A DNA stretch of 64,000 bases from positions 576,001-640,000 of the forward strand of contig CM000436.1 in NCBI GenBank assembly GCA_000165345.1, read 5' to 3'. The position numbers were made by a program, and so were the translations under genes. The notes below the pieces were generated by a model that was not told the origin of the DNA, did not search any database, and worked only from the letters and a program-made list of their open reading frames with translations. Positions 1 through 10,290 of this stretch are shown one piece after another (position 1 is the first letter of the stretch; every line of letters begins with the position of its first letter).

Positions 1-596
1 AATCTTGTCGTCTCAGATGCCGGTACTGCTGCAAATACAAGTATTGAAGAGTTAGATGTGGATGTATTAGAATATTTCAAAGCTAAATTATTGAATATAG
101 CTAATGCGAATGAAAGATCTTTAGCACCAATGGAAAGAAAAGCTAGGGAAAAACAATATCATTCTTTTTTGGGAAATACCCAATATTTCTCCGAATTTTA
201 CGATATGGAAATGATGTAAGTTAATATTATATTAATGATATTATAAAGAATATTAATTGGATTTAGATCAAATAATCTTCGCTTACACCAATCAAGTTTG
301 TCTCCTGATGAAAACAAAAGTCTCCCAAATTCTATATTAGATTGTGATGATATGGAGAATTTGGAACCTAAATTAAAACAAATTTCAACTCAAGATAAAG
401 GTAAGTTGATGAATAATCTAAACCCAAATTATGATTGAATGATTAATGATAAAAAATATGAACAATTAAACTGACAGAAATAGTTTCAATGATGGGAAGG
501 ATATGTAAAGAAATTAGTGTATCATTGGAGTCCAAGATTAAACCTTTTGAAATTAAAGAATTAAAGCTAAATTTTCAGCCGATTAATAAATTGTAG
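1..596 (+). CDS. 3' end of a multi-exon gene of unknown function; the 5' part lies upstream of the window
   Basis: Frame 1 is open from position 1 (…NLVVSDAGTAANTSIEELDVDVLEYFKAKLL…EFYDMEM) up to a GTAAGT donor at 216. An AG acceptor at 265-266 gives exon 267..400, which ends at a GTAAGT donor at 401. An AG acceptor at 476-477 gives exon 478..596, which ends at a TAG stop. Reading phase is preserved across both introns. No similarity to a known family recognised. Confidence 0.3.
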
Positions 597-658
597 ATAT
601 TACTGAATAATTATAATAGAACCTAGAGTGTTGTAGGGTCTAATGAAATAATATGAGT

Positions 659-1336
659 CTAAAGCTCATCCTTTGACTCTTGGTCGCTATTTTCTCCTTG
701 ATTATTTCTAGAAGAATGTAAAAGCATCATGATAGAGTTGAAGCTCCATAAATTATCACTACTGCTCTTGCTAACTATGGTTACTTCATATTGACCAACA
801 ATTGGACATCTTGGACAATTTCTGTTGTCAAATATGTGTCTTTTACTAACTGTTAGATACCCTTTAGCTTCAATATTATAAAGTCGAATCTTATCTTTAA
901 CATCAATAGTTTGTCCTGTATTCTTCTTTTCACATTCAACTCTAAAATAGCCACTAGATTCACCAGAACCACCAAAAATCTCAATTTGTCTACTTATCAT
1001 TGATTTTGAAGACTTATTAGATTGCACAAACTTCTCAGTAACTGAATGTAGTAAACGAATAGACTCCCCACATAATACAGGAAAGCCTGCACCCTTATAC
1101 TCAGCATCAGCTTCTCTAATGTAAAAATGTCCTTCTGAATCCAAATCTTTGCTACAAGTGACAGCCTGGTTACCATTTGCCCATGTTATCTTTGTCGTAT
1201 ATAAATGACATTTTGTATTTTGATGTAATACTGATACTGTACTTCCATAAGTAACCAATTCATTTTCTTCAGAATAAACACTTGAGAAAACCAGACCAAA
1301 GAAAACCACAACAAACCTCGTAAATAACCCAAACAT
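659..1336 (-). CDS. SDF2-like MIR-domain ER-lumenal protein (signal peptide, C-terminal KDEL)
   Basis: 225 aa. N-terminal hydrophobic signal (MFGLFTRFVVVFFGLVFSSVYS). Three MIR-like repeats (VTYGSTVSVLHQNTKCHLYT… / VLCGESIRLLHSVTEKF… / GQYEVTIVSKSSSDNLW) that follow the pattern of stromal-cell-derived factor 2. The C-terminus is …ESKDEL, an ER-retention signal. Confidence 0.7.
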   Translation of the reverse strand: MFGLFTRFVVVFFGLVFSSVYSEENELVTYGSTVSVLHQNTKCHLYTTKITWANGNQAVTCSKDLDSEGHFYIREADAEYKGAGFPVLCGESIRLLHSVTEKFVQSNKSSKSMISRQIEIFGGSGESSGYFRVECEKKNTGQTIDVKDKIRLYNIEAKGYLTVSKRHIFDNRNCPRCPIVGQYEVTIVSKSSSDNLWSFNSIMMLLHSSRNNQGENSDQESKDEL

Positions 1337-1428
1337 TCTACTAAGTTTTTGAAATCTGAACCGATTTTCTATATTCTTTGCGCAATATTCTCACTTTTCA
1401 TACTTGTTTTGACTAATTAAAAAGAAAA

Positions 1429-1466
1429 GTTGGCGCCATTTCCAGTGGGGCGCATTTTGCCCGCCT
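1429..1466. promoter_or_regulatory. GC-rich cis-motif cluster (GTTGGCGCCA … GGGGCGC … TTTGCCCGCC) in a divergent promoter
   Basis: Lies between the divergently oriented SDF2-like (-) and TPR/Aha1 (+) genes. It matches the E2F-like GGCGCC / CCCGCC motif family that recurs upstream of most genes in this window. Confidence 0.35.
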
Positions 1467-1951
1467 AGAAGGTGAAAAAGTAAAATGTGAGACAAAGAAT
1501 AAATAGTAGAAGATGACATGGCGGTGGAATGAAATATTAGGAAAAGAAATAATAAGTAATGATTATAGCAAGTTTTTTGCTGAGAATTATATTATTAAAA
1601 GTATTTTAAAACGTGTAGAAAGTATAAAAAAGAAGCAGTTAAAAGCAGCGAGTGGTGATTTATTTTTTTTTGAATTTCTTGATAGAAATACTCGGATATA
1701 TATTAAAAGATCAGGGAAGTGGCGCCAAATGTCGGTACCACCTTTAAAAGAAGAAATTAAAGGGGGAAGAGAAAAAAAGGGAATTAAAAAAAGGAGAAAA
1801 AAGTGCTTTTTTTTTTAAAAAATTCTCGGTGATTAGTTCTTTTTCACAGAATTTTTCAGTACCCAAATTTTTGGTAACTGGGAGATTTAAGAAAAGAGGT
1901 TTATTTTTGAGGTTTATTATTAAGGAAAGTGTGGAAACTTGTGAATAGAGG

Positions 1952-3496
1952 ATGAATATGGAGGACGAAAAAATGGAAGATACAACGATTAATAGTGATT
2001 CAGATGATCAGAGTGAGAGCAGTATGACTATGTTTAATAGTGCAAAAGAGCTGAAGGATGCTGGAAATGAGAGTTATAAGGGTGGAAATTACTCAGATGC
2101 AAGAGAAAAATATGAAAAAGGTTTAGAATTATTAGAGAAGATAGATCAAAAAGATGATGAAAAGGAAGGATTTGGAGAGGATGAAATGTCAGAATTACGT
2201 CAAAGCTTACAGTTGAATTTAGCAATGATATATGTGAAGATTCAGGAATGGTCAAAAGCTATTCAAGTAACAGGACAAGTATTGAAGAAGAATTCAAAGA
2301 ATGTCAAGGCTTTATATAGGAGAGGATTAGCTAGACTAGGCTTTGGAATGTATGAGGAGAGTAAGGAGGATTTCCAAAATGTATTAAAGTTGGATCCAAG
2401 CAATGCTGATGCTCACAGACAATTGAAGGTTTTACGCCAAAAGATTCAGGAAGATAATGAGAAGAATAAGAGTGGGTTTAGTAGAATGTTCCATGGAGGT
2501 TTGTACTCAGATAAGCAGCAGGATGTTGAGAAGAAGAAGAAAGAAGAGAGAGAGAGAAGAATTGAAAAGTATAGTCAATATCTTGCACAAATAAAATCAA
2601 AGAATTCTGAAATTGGCTCAGATGATGAAGAGGAAGAGGCTATGCCTTTTGAAGAATGGGAAAAGAAGGAGATAGAAAGGGAGAAGGAGGAGGAGAGGGA
2701 GAAGACAAGAGCAAATGAAAGGAATGCAAAGGAACTTAATGAAAAAAAGCCAGCAACCATTATTTCCAAGAAGAATAATGTAAGTAATGATGATGTAGAT
2801 TTGGATGAAGAAGATCTAAAGATTCTACAAGAAACTAAGAAAATGGGGTATTGCTACTTTAAGAGAGAGTTAACAGAACAAGAGAAAGAATTGAACAGGC
2901 AATTCACTCCAACTCTGATTAACAATAAAGATTCTTATTCTTGCGGTGCATCTCAGCAAAATGACTTGAGCTCTGCAGATATTGACAAATCAAGAGTTGG
3001 AATAAGCTCTTGGAACTCTAAAGGTACAACCTTTGAAGATAAAGATGTTTCTGAAACCGCTAGGTCCACCTTAAAGAGGATACTTTTAGAAGGGGATGGT
3101 AGGCATTTTACTGGAAAGGTTAGTGAAAAAGGAGATTTAAATGTTTCAATCTCAATTGAAAGTGTTGATAATTTATCTGGAGAAGCCTCTGTTGCAATGA
3201 TTCGTGGAACTAGAAGATTTCTCTTTGACTTCTCTGTCACATTAAAATGCGACTACACTCTTGATAATAACGAGAATGAAAAGTATTCATTTAGTATAAA
3301 CATTCCATCTCTAACTTCCATGTGTAATGAAGATGACGTTTTCGGTATTAAAGATTGTAGTATCAACTTTACAGGAAAACACAAGCATAATCACGATCTA
3401 ACTCTTATCAAGGATTTTGTTTTCAACAGCTATTGCCTTATACATTTAAAAGATTGTATTAATTTACTTACTAACGAGATTAACTCGCAATACTAG
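1952..3496 (+). CDS. TPR-repeat protein with a C-terminal Aha1 N-terminal-like domain (putative Hsp90 co-chaperone)
   Basis: 514 aa. The N-terminus carries 3 TPR repeats of the Hsp90/Hsp70-clamp type (AKELKDAGNESYKGGNYSDAREKYEKGLELL … KALYRRGLARLGFGMYEESKEDFQNVLKLDPSNADA). These are followed by a long charged E/K-rich linker. The C-terminal ~150 aa (ISSWNSKGTTFEDKDVSETARSTLKRILLEG…GEASVAMIRGTRRFLFDFSVTLKCDY) align to the Aha1 N-terminal domain pattern (NNWHW.E.D...W....L…GEASI…RKGKLIFFYEWSVKL). Confidence 0.65.
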   Translation: MNMEDEKMEDTTINSDSDDQSESSMTMFNSAKELKDAGNESYKGGNYSDAREKYEKGLELLEKIDQKDDEKEGFGEDEMSELRQSLQLNLAMIYVKIQEWSKAIQVTGQVLKKNSKNVKALYRRGLARLGFGMYEESKEDFQNVLKLDPSNADAHRQLKVLRQKIQEDNEKNKSGFSRMFHGGLYSDKQQDVEKKKKEERERRIEKYSQYLAQIKSKNSEIGSDDEEEEAMPFEEWEKKEIEREKEEEREKTRANERNAKELNEKKPATIISKKNNVSNDDVDLDEEDLKILQETKKMGYCYFKRELTEQEKELNRQFTPTLINNKDSYSCGASQQNDLSSADIDKSRVGISSWNSKGTTFEDKDVSETARSTLKRILLEGDGRHFTGKVSEKGDLNVSISIESVDNLSGEASVAMIRGTRRFLFDFSVTLKCDYTLDNNENEKYSFSINIPSLTSMCNEDDVFGIKDCSINFTGKHKHNHDLTLIKDFVFNSYCLIHLKDCINLLTNEINSQY

Positions 3497-3728
3497 CTGG
3501 ACCTAACTGAGAATAATCATTTTTTATTTACCTATTTTTTCTGTTTTCTCTCTATATCTTAATCAAAATTTTCAACTATTCTTTAAATTACCAGCTCTCT
3601 ATTTCATTGTCTAAATCATGACCAAACTTGAATATTTCTATTAATAGCTCTCAATTACTATAAACCCTATCCCAAATTAACTTTATCCCACTCTAAATAT
3701 TCAGCCTCTGACAAATAATGCATGCACA

Positions 3729-3756
3729 TTTTCCCGCCAGTTATTTGGGCGGGAAC
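3729..3756. promoter_or_regulatory. Inverted pair of E2F-like sites (TTTTCCCGCC … GGGCGGGAAC)
   Basis: Two CCCGCC/GGCGGG half-sites in opposite orientation, 8 nt apart, about 470 bp upstream of the CID-domain gene. Confidence 0.3.
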
Positions 3757-4220
3757 TTGTAAAAGAAAAATAATATATACAGGAAATTAGGGGGACTTGT
3801 AAGAATTGTCAATAATGAATAGTAGCGAATATAAATATTAAAACTTAAAAATATATTTACATTAATAAAGTTAGTAATCGATTTTAAAGTTCTTGATTCT
3901 CTTGAGTTTTATTAGGTTGATTGAGAATTCATTGAATTTAAAAAAAGAGGGTCTTCAAGAAAAAGTAAGGAAGGAACAGAATAAAAAATTTTATTTTTGT
4001 GGATAAATAACCGTAATCAAGTATTAGAAATATATAAATATATATTAGTGCGAATAATATAACTTATAATACTTTTAGTCTTTAGATGTGCAATAAATAA
4101 AATACTTTCTATTTATATATATCTATATATATTTCTATATGTATTTATATATATGTAAAGATATAAACATATATATAAATATTAAATATTATATAAGTGA
4201 TTTAATATATAAAGAAAAGA

Positions 4221-5163
4221 ATGAGAGATAATAAAGGCAGAGAAGAAAACTATCCAGTAGTTCCAACTGATAGAATACTGAGGAATTTTAAGCAGTTATC
4301 CCATCATAATGATTCAATTTCTCAAATGGCATCTTGGCTTTCTTTCTATAGAAGTTCAGGAGAACAACTTTGTTCTCTTTTCGGAGAAGCTTTTGTAGAT
4401 AAAAGTTTGAGAGAGGAGGAAAGATTGGCAATATTTTATGTATTTCATGAAATGGTTACTAGAGCAATTACAAATGATGATGAATCGAGGAAGTTTTTTT
4501 TAATAGGATATGAACAATTTCTTTTAACAGCTGCTCCCATTATTAGTAGACTAACTTTTGAACAAAGATCCCCATACTTACAGGTAGTAAGACTCTGGCA
4601 ATCTCATCAAAGATTCCCTCAAAATGTATGTGAGAGATTAAGATTATTATTTAATTCTCAGTCTGGTAAGTTAATTTAATTAAGAAATTAAATTGAAATT
4701 GATAATTTTAATGTTAATTTCTTTTTCTTTTCTTTATTTGTAATACTTTTTAGGAAATCAAGAAAGCTTAAGGAGCCCATCTTTATTAGACAAAAGGGAC
4801 AAAAAATTTACTTTAGATGTGATAAAATCCTTAAATAGAATCAAAGAAGGATATGAACTTGCAGTCAAGGCTGGCAATATTAGTAAAAAATTAGCTTCAA
4901 ATTCTAGCTCTAGCAATGATGTAACAAATTCAAATAGTGTATTAACCGGAACGTCATCTCCAACAGAATCACAAGAGCCTATAATCCCAGAAGATGACAC
5001 AGAAAATATGATTAGACAAAGCATAGAACAATACAAAGAAAGTCTGGATAAGATTACAGACGCATCCATTCTCTTATCCCAATGTCTTCAAGATGAACTT
5101 AAATCATTTAACGATATCAAAAGAATTCTTGAGGATATCTCAACAGAAGACAAAGAAGAATAA
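4221..5163 (+). CDS. CID (RPR) domain protein, Rtt103/SCAF8-like, 2 exons
   Basis: Exon 1 is 4221..4665, ending at a GTAAGT donor at 4666. An 88-nt intron follows; AG acceptor at 4752-53. Exon 2 is 4754..5163 and stays in phase, joining the two ORF-track pieces 4221..4679 and 4819..5163. The N-terminal ~140 aa resemble the CTD-interacting domain of Rtt103/Pcf11-family proteins. The C-terminal half is a coiled-coil/acidic region. Confidence 0.6.
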
Positions 5164-5345
5164 TATTCTTTACATTCAATACTATAGAACACTAAGCTAC
5201 TTATATATAATGCCGCCATTTCTTTCTGTTCCCTCTCAAACATGCAATACACATGCATGCATATATGCGTTTTTTTTTTGAACACGTGTATAGATATTTG
5301 CCCGCTTATTTAAATGGCAATGCCAGAAAATTCCTTATAAGACTT

Positions 5346-6134
5346 TTACTCTTGTTCATCGTCTTCAGTAATCTTTCTAGCGAGGTAGAATCTAAGATGA
5401 CCGGAGCCACTGCCTTCCAAGGGGTATTCGAGTTCAAGAGGTTGATTCTCACTCATACTGAGCTTTACGCTATTGCTCAAAGGAGTAGCCTTGGCAAAGT
5501 TATTTAGGTATCTAAGTGAGAATACTAATTGGCATGGCTCTGAAACATCAAGTGCAACAGCTTCAGAATCTGCTCCCTCTTTTGGTCTCAAAATAATACT
5601 ACCAGAACCTAAAGACCCTTTAGTTGAGAATCTGACGTTTTTGCTAGTTACATCAATGGAGAGAGAGTCTGAGAATTGTGCCATATCTCTACATAGTCTT
5701 TGGAATTCATTAGATGGCATAGTTACTACAGATGAAAAGCTTGTTTCTGGGATTTGAAGACTATCTTGATCAATAGAAATCAATGTTAGTTCAAACTCTG
5801 AAACTCGATCTCCATTTGGCGTTTCGAATATGAAAATCAGACTCTCAGAGTCATCATCATGTCTAAGTAAAACTTGATCATCATTTGAACATAACTTTAG
5901 TAGTTTCACTACATTTTGAGTATTTAATCCCAAAGTTCTATTCTTATCGCATCTATATCTCTCAAAAGCAGTATCCTTCAAGTATAAGCCAACTAAAGAA
6001 ACATGGCTATTGTCCATTGCTTGGATAGTTACTCCGCTTTCGTTACATTCAAGATTTACATCACTGACCAAATTTGTGATAGCTTCAAAAACCTTCCTCA
6101 AAATTCCTCCGTTTGATAATCTAGCTTCAAACAT
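5346..6134 (-). CDS. PCNA: Proliferating cell nuclear antigen (PCNA)
   Basis: 262 aa, collinear with eukaryotic PCNA along its full length (MFEARL…AMDNSHVSLV…YRCD…KLMDID…LRYLNNFAKATPLS…LKFYLAPKI…DE). This is the typical length for PCNA. Confidence 0.9.
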   Translation of the reverse strand: MFEARLSNGGILRKVFEAITNLVSDVNLECNESGVTIQAMDNSHVSLVGLYLKDTAFERYRCDKNRTLGLNTQNVVKLLKLCSNDDQVLLRHDDDSESLIFIFETPNGDRVSEFELTLISIDQDSLQIPETSFSSVVTMPSNEFQRLCRDMAQFSDSLSIDVTSKNVRFSTKGSLGSGSIILRPKEGADSEAVALDVSEPCQLVFSLRYLNNFAKATPLSNSVKLSMSENQPLELEYPLEGSGSGHLRFYLARKITEDDEQE

Positions 6135-6407
6135 TTTTTTTTAAATGAAATTGACCTATTTTTGACCTAGAATAAAAGTAACTTATAAAGAACTCCCTCT
6201 TATTTTTTCTCTATCCTTTATCTTGTTAGTCCACTATACACTTTTCTACTCAATTAAAGTCCTTTCCCCCTTTTTTTGTTGAACTCCCCACAACCTATAC
6301 CTGTGGAGGTTACCTTTTATTAATATTTCCAAATTATACAGCATAGACATATTTTCTGCGTTTTGCTTGCTTACAGACGATTTTCTTGTAGTATATACCC
6401 TCCCCAC

Positions 6408-6451
6408 ATGGCGCCGAGTCACGGGACTGCGGGGCAGTTGCCATGCATGTA
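6408..6451. promoter_or_regulatory. GC-rich motif block (ATGGCGCCGAG … CCATGCATGTA) in the PCNA divergent promoter
   Basis: A GGCGCC core plus an ATGCATG core between PCNA (- start at 6134) and the + gene at 6878. Confidence 0.3.
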
Positions 6452-6877
6452 AAAAAAAAGCAATAATTATGTACACGTAATAATTTTTTTTTTGTTTTTC
6501 TATTAATGGAAAGCAAATATAAATTGAGTTATTTTGTTATTAAAGCTCATATTAAGTAAGAATTTTTGTTTCCATATTTATTTATTCTACGTTATAGTAA
6601 CTTTCTTGTATTCAAAATATGATAGATGCTTGAAGCTAATTAAGAGATTCCTTCCTAATGTACTGCTGGAAAGTGCAAAATCAATAAGTAATATTTTAAT
6701 TCCTTAATAATCTTTTCTTTTCATCATTTAATTATTTATATATATATTCTCTAGTTACAAGGATTTCACACACATCTAGAAATGGTTTGCCGCCAATCTA
6801 TTTTTAGTTTGTGAAACTCTGCTAGGACTAAAAATCACAAGTATAAATATATAATTGAGCTTAGAGCATATTATAAA

Positions 6878-8203
6878 ATGAGCACAATAAGATATTTATT
6901 TAATGAAGCTGGTACTTGGAACAAAATTACCAATTTCATTTCGTCAAATCATCGAAGTGTGAATTCTCAAAGTACATTAAGGAATTTCGTCAAGAATTTG
7001 GGGGCTGCAAGCAGTAATAGTCAAATAAGGTCATCTACCGAACATATATCATCAAGAATTGAATCTTCATTTTCAAGTGCAGATAGAACTCAATCCTCTA
7101 AATTCTTTTCGGGCACATTTTCAGTATTATCAGAATGCTTAGTGAAAATAACTGACAATTTAGCTGATAATGAACTTCCTGCGAACATATTAACACAGAA
7201 AACAAACTCAATACAGATGTTCACACGAAAGATGATTGTTTTATTCTTGTTTGCTGGTTTTTTAGGATTATTTCCGGGTAGCTTTTTTCACAATCGAACA
7301 CCAGGACTTGATTTTACAGGGTTTTTTAGTAATAGGCGTGCATCCTCAAATCAACTAAGTAGCTTTTTAAGCTACTTTAATACTATGGGGAGTAAAATAT
7401 CTCAAAAAGATCCAATGGTTAATGAGTATGTAATTATTCAAAGACACCATAGAACACCAATAAAAGAAAATATGTTAATAAGTTCAACTTTAGGTCTTAA
7501 ACAAACGCAGATAATTAGTGGGTTCATGGAGAGTCATAATCCAGGAGGGCATGTGGTGGAAGCAATCTTTGCTAATAAGGTATATGGCAGTGCAACATTA
7601 CAAAACTGCATGAATCAGGAAGAGATAGTGATGACAGTTGTCCCTGAAACTTTAATTGGACGCTTTTTCTTAGACGATTTACATGATGAAGATTCAGTTA
7701 CCATAAGGGGAGTAATGAGATATTCGAATTACAAGGGATTTGGTACGGATAAATTTACCTTTCAATCGATTAAAGAGTCGGAAATGTACATGTCAATACC
7801 AAGAGTCTATGCTGTAGTTGACGCTTTATCCGGAGGTTCTAGATTTAGAGAATTTACATTGGATTATGCCTTGAGAGAAATAAACAAACTTATATCAGCA
7901 TTATGCGATGATTTCTATGGGGAGTCTGAGGAAAGAGATCGCAACCAATTTGTTACAGGATATTGGGGTGGAGGAGTTTTTGGGGGAGATAATCAATATA
8001 AATTTATTTTACAATTAATAGCAGCTTGCGTCTGCAATAGGCAATTGGTATATTCAGACGGGCTAAACAGGCTGGATGTTAACCAAATTAGGCAGATTGA
8101 AAGTAAATATACGACTTGTGGCCAACTCTCTGATGCATTCTTTAAAAAACATAGAACTAATAGTTTTAGTAAAGGGAACGCTCTCAAAGTGATGTTAATG
8201 TAG
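6878..8203 (+). CDS. Hypothetical protein with one internal hydrophobic segment
   Basis: A 441-aa uninterrupted ORF starting at ATG, with coding-like composition relative to its flanks. It has a Ser-rich N-terminus and a hydrophobic stretch (IVLFLFAGFLGLFPGSFF). No family recognised. Confidence 0.45.
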   Translation: MSTIRYLFNEAGTWNKITNFISSNHRSVNSQSTLRNFVKNLGAASSNSQIRSSTEHISSRIESSFSSADRTQSSKFFSGTFSVLSECLVKITDNLADNELPANILTQKTNSIQMFTRKMIVLFLFAGFLGLFPGSFFHNRTPGLDFTGFFSNRRASSNQLSSFLSYFNTMGSKISQKDPMVNEYVIIQRHHRTPIKENMLISSTLGLKQTQIISGFMESHNPGGHVVEAIFANKVYGSATLQNCMNQEEIVMTVVPETLIGRFFLDDLHDEDSVTIRGVMRYSNYKGFGTDKFTFQSIKESEMYMSIPRVYAVVDALSGGSRFREFTLDYALREINKLISALCDDFYGESEERDRNQFVTGYWGGGVFGGDNQYKFILQLIAACVCNRQLVYSDGLNRLDVNQIRQIESKYTTCGQLSDAFFKKHRTNSFSKGNALKVMLM

Positions 8204-8734
8204 AGGACATTGAAAACGTTTGGGACGTGTTTCAAAGCTAATATTTTTTAGAAGGGTATTTTTTCTTAGAACGTAATTTCCAAAATTTATCAAGTTAAAC
8301 TCTACATTACGTGTTTGTCCACATGTACATTGCATGCAAACATCGGCATACGCAGCTAGAATTTGTTTAAAACTCCGGTTCTACCTTCTTAATACTAGGG
8401 CACACAGTAGAATAGCTTTAATAAATAATTAAGTAATACAATACTAAATAGTGGCGGCTAGTGCCGCCTGATAGGGCTACAATTCTAATACAAGGTGAAT
8501 GTCCACAATGAATAATATTAACCTGGAAAATCAGAGAATATGGGGGTTGCATTATTCATGAAGAAAAAGAAACCCTCAAATTCTGGATCAGCCATCTGAT
8601 AGATTAGTATGTCACAGTGCGTGGTTTACGTATCACCATAAATAGGAACTAAGTACCATCAATAACAAAGGTGAAGATAGAAATCGCTTCGATTATATAT
8701 ACATATCGAATTGCAACAAAGCAATATTGAATGC

Positions 8735-9148
8735 TTAGAATTCTTGTGAGTTTCCTTGTTTGGATTTAGATTTCTTTGGCAACAAGACAGTTGGAATGTT
8801 TGGCAAGACACCACCGCTGGCAATAGTAACATTACCCAAGAACTTGCTGAGTTCTTCGTCATTTCTAACAGCCAATTGGATTTGTCTTGGGGTGATACGT
8901 GTCTTCTTAGCATCTCTGGCAGCATTACCAGCGAGTTCAAGAAGCTCAGCACATAAATACTCCAAGACGGCAGCGAGATAGACTGGAGCAGCAGCACCAA
9001 TTCTCTTTGCATATCTTCCCTTCTTTAAGTATCTTGCAACTCTACCAACTGGGAATTGTAATCCTGCTTTAGCAGAGTTTGACATAGTTTTACGGGTAGT
9101 CTTCTTTCCTCCACCTCTTCCACCTGAACTTGTTACTTTTCCAGACAT
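8735..9148 (-). CDS. H2AX: Histone H2A, H2A.X-type (C-terminal SQEF)
   Basis: 137 aa. Carries the canonical H2A core ([38 protein letters not shown]…[28 protein letters not shown]…GGVLPNI). The C-terminus ends …KQGNSQEF*, the SQ(E/D)-hydrophobic phosphorylation motif of H2A.X. Confidence 0.9.
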   Translation of the reverse strand: MSGKVTSSGGRGGGKKTTRKTMSNSAKAGLQFPVGRVARYLKKGRYAKRIGAAAPVYLAAVLEYLCAELLELAGNAARDAKKTRITPRQIQLAVRNDEELSKFLGNVTIASGGVLPNIPTVLLPKKSKSKQGNSQEF

Positions 9149-9410
9149 TCTTTCTTGATTTATTTTATATTCAATATATTTTTTTTTTGTTATATCAAAG
9201 TTGCGATTATCACACCTTCAAAATTGATAGAACTGTTTCCACTCCCATTACCGTTTTTTTTACTTTATTCATTATCCACACTTTCTCCCCACATCAACCC
9301 TCTTTTCATTTATTCCTGCCTTTCTAGTTGCTTATTTAGCCGCTATTTGGCCTCTGGCCACATATCTAATATTCCACGCAACGTCTTGTCTAGGCCCGGC
9401 TTGAATTATA

Positions 9411-9418
9411 GGCGGGAA
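9411..9418. promoter_or_regulatory. GGCGGGAA E2F-like site upstream of H2A
   Basis: About 265 bp upstream of the H2A start on the minus strand. Same motif family as the other promoters in the window. Confidence 0.25.
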
Positions 9419-10290
9419 TGACTTTATTGGTTTGGGAATTGGGTGGCAAGGTAATGGAGTAGTCAAAAATGCAAATGATGATGTAGAAAGATTACTAATG
9501 AAGACTGATTAGAATGAGAAAATATAGATTATTTGTTCATGATGATTACTGGTTAAATATTATTTTTATTAATGTTTTCTACATAATACTTTTATTTTAT
9601 TCTTAGCATATTTAGTACTTTTTTTTCTTAAATAAATTTGACACGTAATTGCATGCAATTTTTGCTATTAGATAATTTGTAGTTTTTTTTTGTATGTAAC
9701 ACCGGTATATACATTAATTTAGTTGCATGCATATCAGGATGTGTTATAAGTTCTAACAATGTTTTAAATAATATACAATTTAAATGTAAAAGATATTCGC
9801 CAAAAAGAAGTTATAGAATATTAATAGAATAATTAATTAATTTATAAAACAATGCAAGAATTTTAAAGAGTTAAATGTTGGAAAAGCTAATAATAATTAT
9901 AATATGACTTAACAAAATAATACAACAAAAAGTTGGTTATTATTATTTAATTATGAAAAGATGGTTTGAAAAAAAAATTGGATGGTTAAGCTTTTTTTCC
10001 CTACAAGAAAGGAAGGTTAAAATCATAACCTGGAAAAATCTGGGGGTAGGGGAAGAATTAAATAAATATACATTTATTTATCTCGACAAAAGAATTGAAA
10101 TACCATTAAGGTGGCATAAACCACACATTAAATGTAAATTTTGGACATAAATTTGAGAATTTAGTATTTAAAAAATAAAAGAAGTAATATATTATTACAA
10201 GAAATATATAATTTCTGTAATTAAATCAATGTAGTATAATATTAGTAATTTAGCAAAACAAAAAAATCATAAATTTTAAATATATTTAAA

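Noticed and set aside
1513-1818. 101-aa K-rich ORF in the divergent promoter between the SDF2-like and TPR/Aha1 genes
   Set aside because: It is low-complexity (poly-K/A-rich DNA) and lies exactly where the shared promoter and its GC motifs are. It has no coding-like composition.
2034-3240. Antisense ORFs inside the TPR/Aha1 gene (2034..2255, 2575..2769, 2953..3240). Similar antisense or alternate-frame ORFs occur inside other long genes, including 4758..5069, 11490..11855, 13699..13977, 15240..15524, 27486..27713, 44980..45351 and 47547..48821
   Set aside because: These are shadow ORFs on the opposite strand or in an alternate frame of well-supported genes. They have biased, low-complexity translations and no independent signals.
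6246-6516. Two short minus-strand ORFs (6246..6476, 6334..6516) in the PCNA upstream region
   Set aside because: They overlap the GC-rich promoter motif block and read poly-A/T tracts. This is divergent promoter DNA.
8204-8734. Moderately GC-rich 530-bp convergent spacer between the hypothetical gene and H2A, examined for a tRNA, an snRNA or a histone 3' stem-loop
   Set aside because: I could not find a convincing cloverleaf (acceptor stem/T-arm GTTCGA-type box), an snRNA signature or a canonical histone stem-loop by eye. The small GGCGGC-tagt-GCCGCC inverted repeat at 8453-8468 is noted but is too short to interpret.
9953-10150. 65-aa ORF in the H2A/kinase intergenic region
   Set aside because: It is AT-rich and low-complexity, with no flanking signals. 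It lies in the region carrying the CACGTAAT and TGCATGCA promoter motifs.
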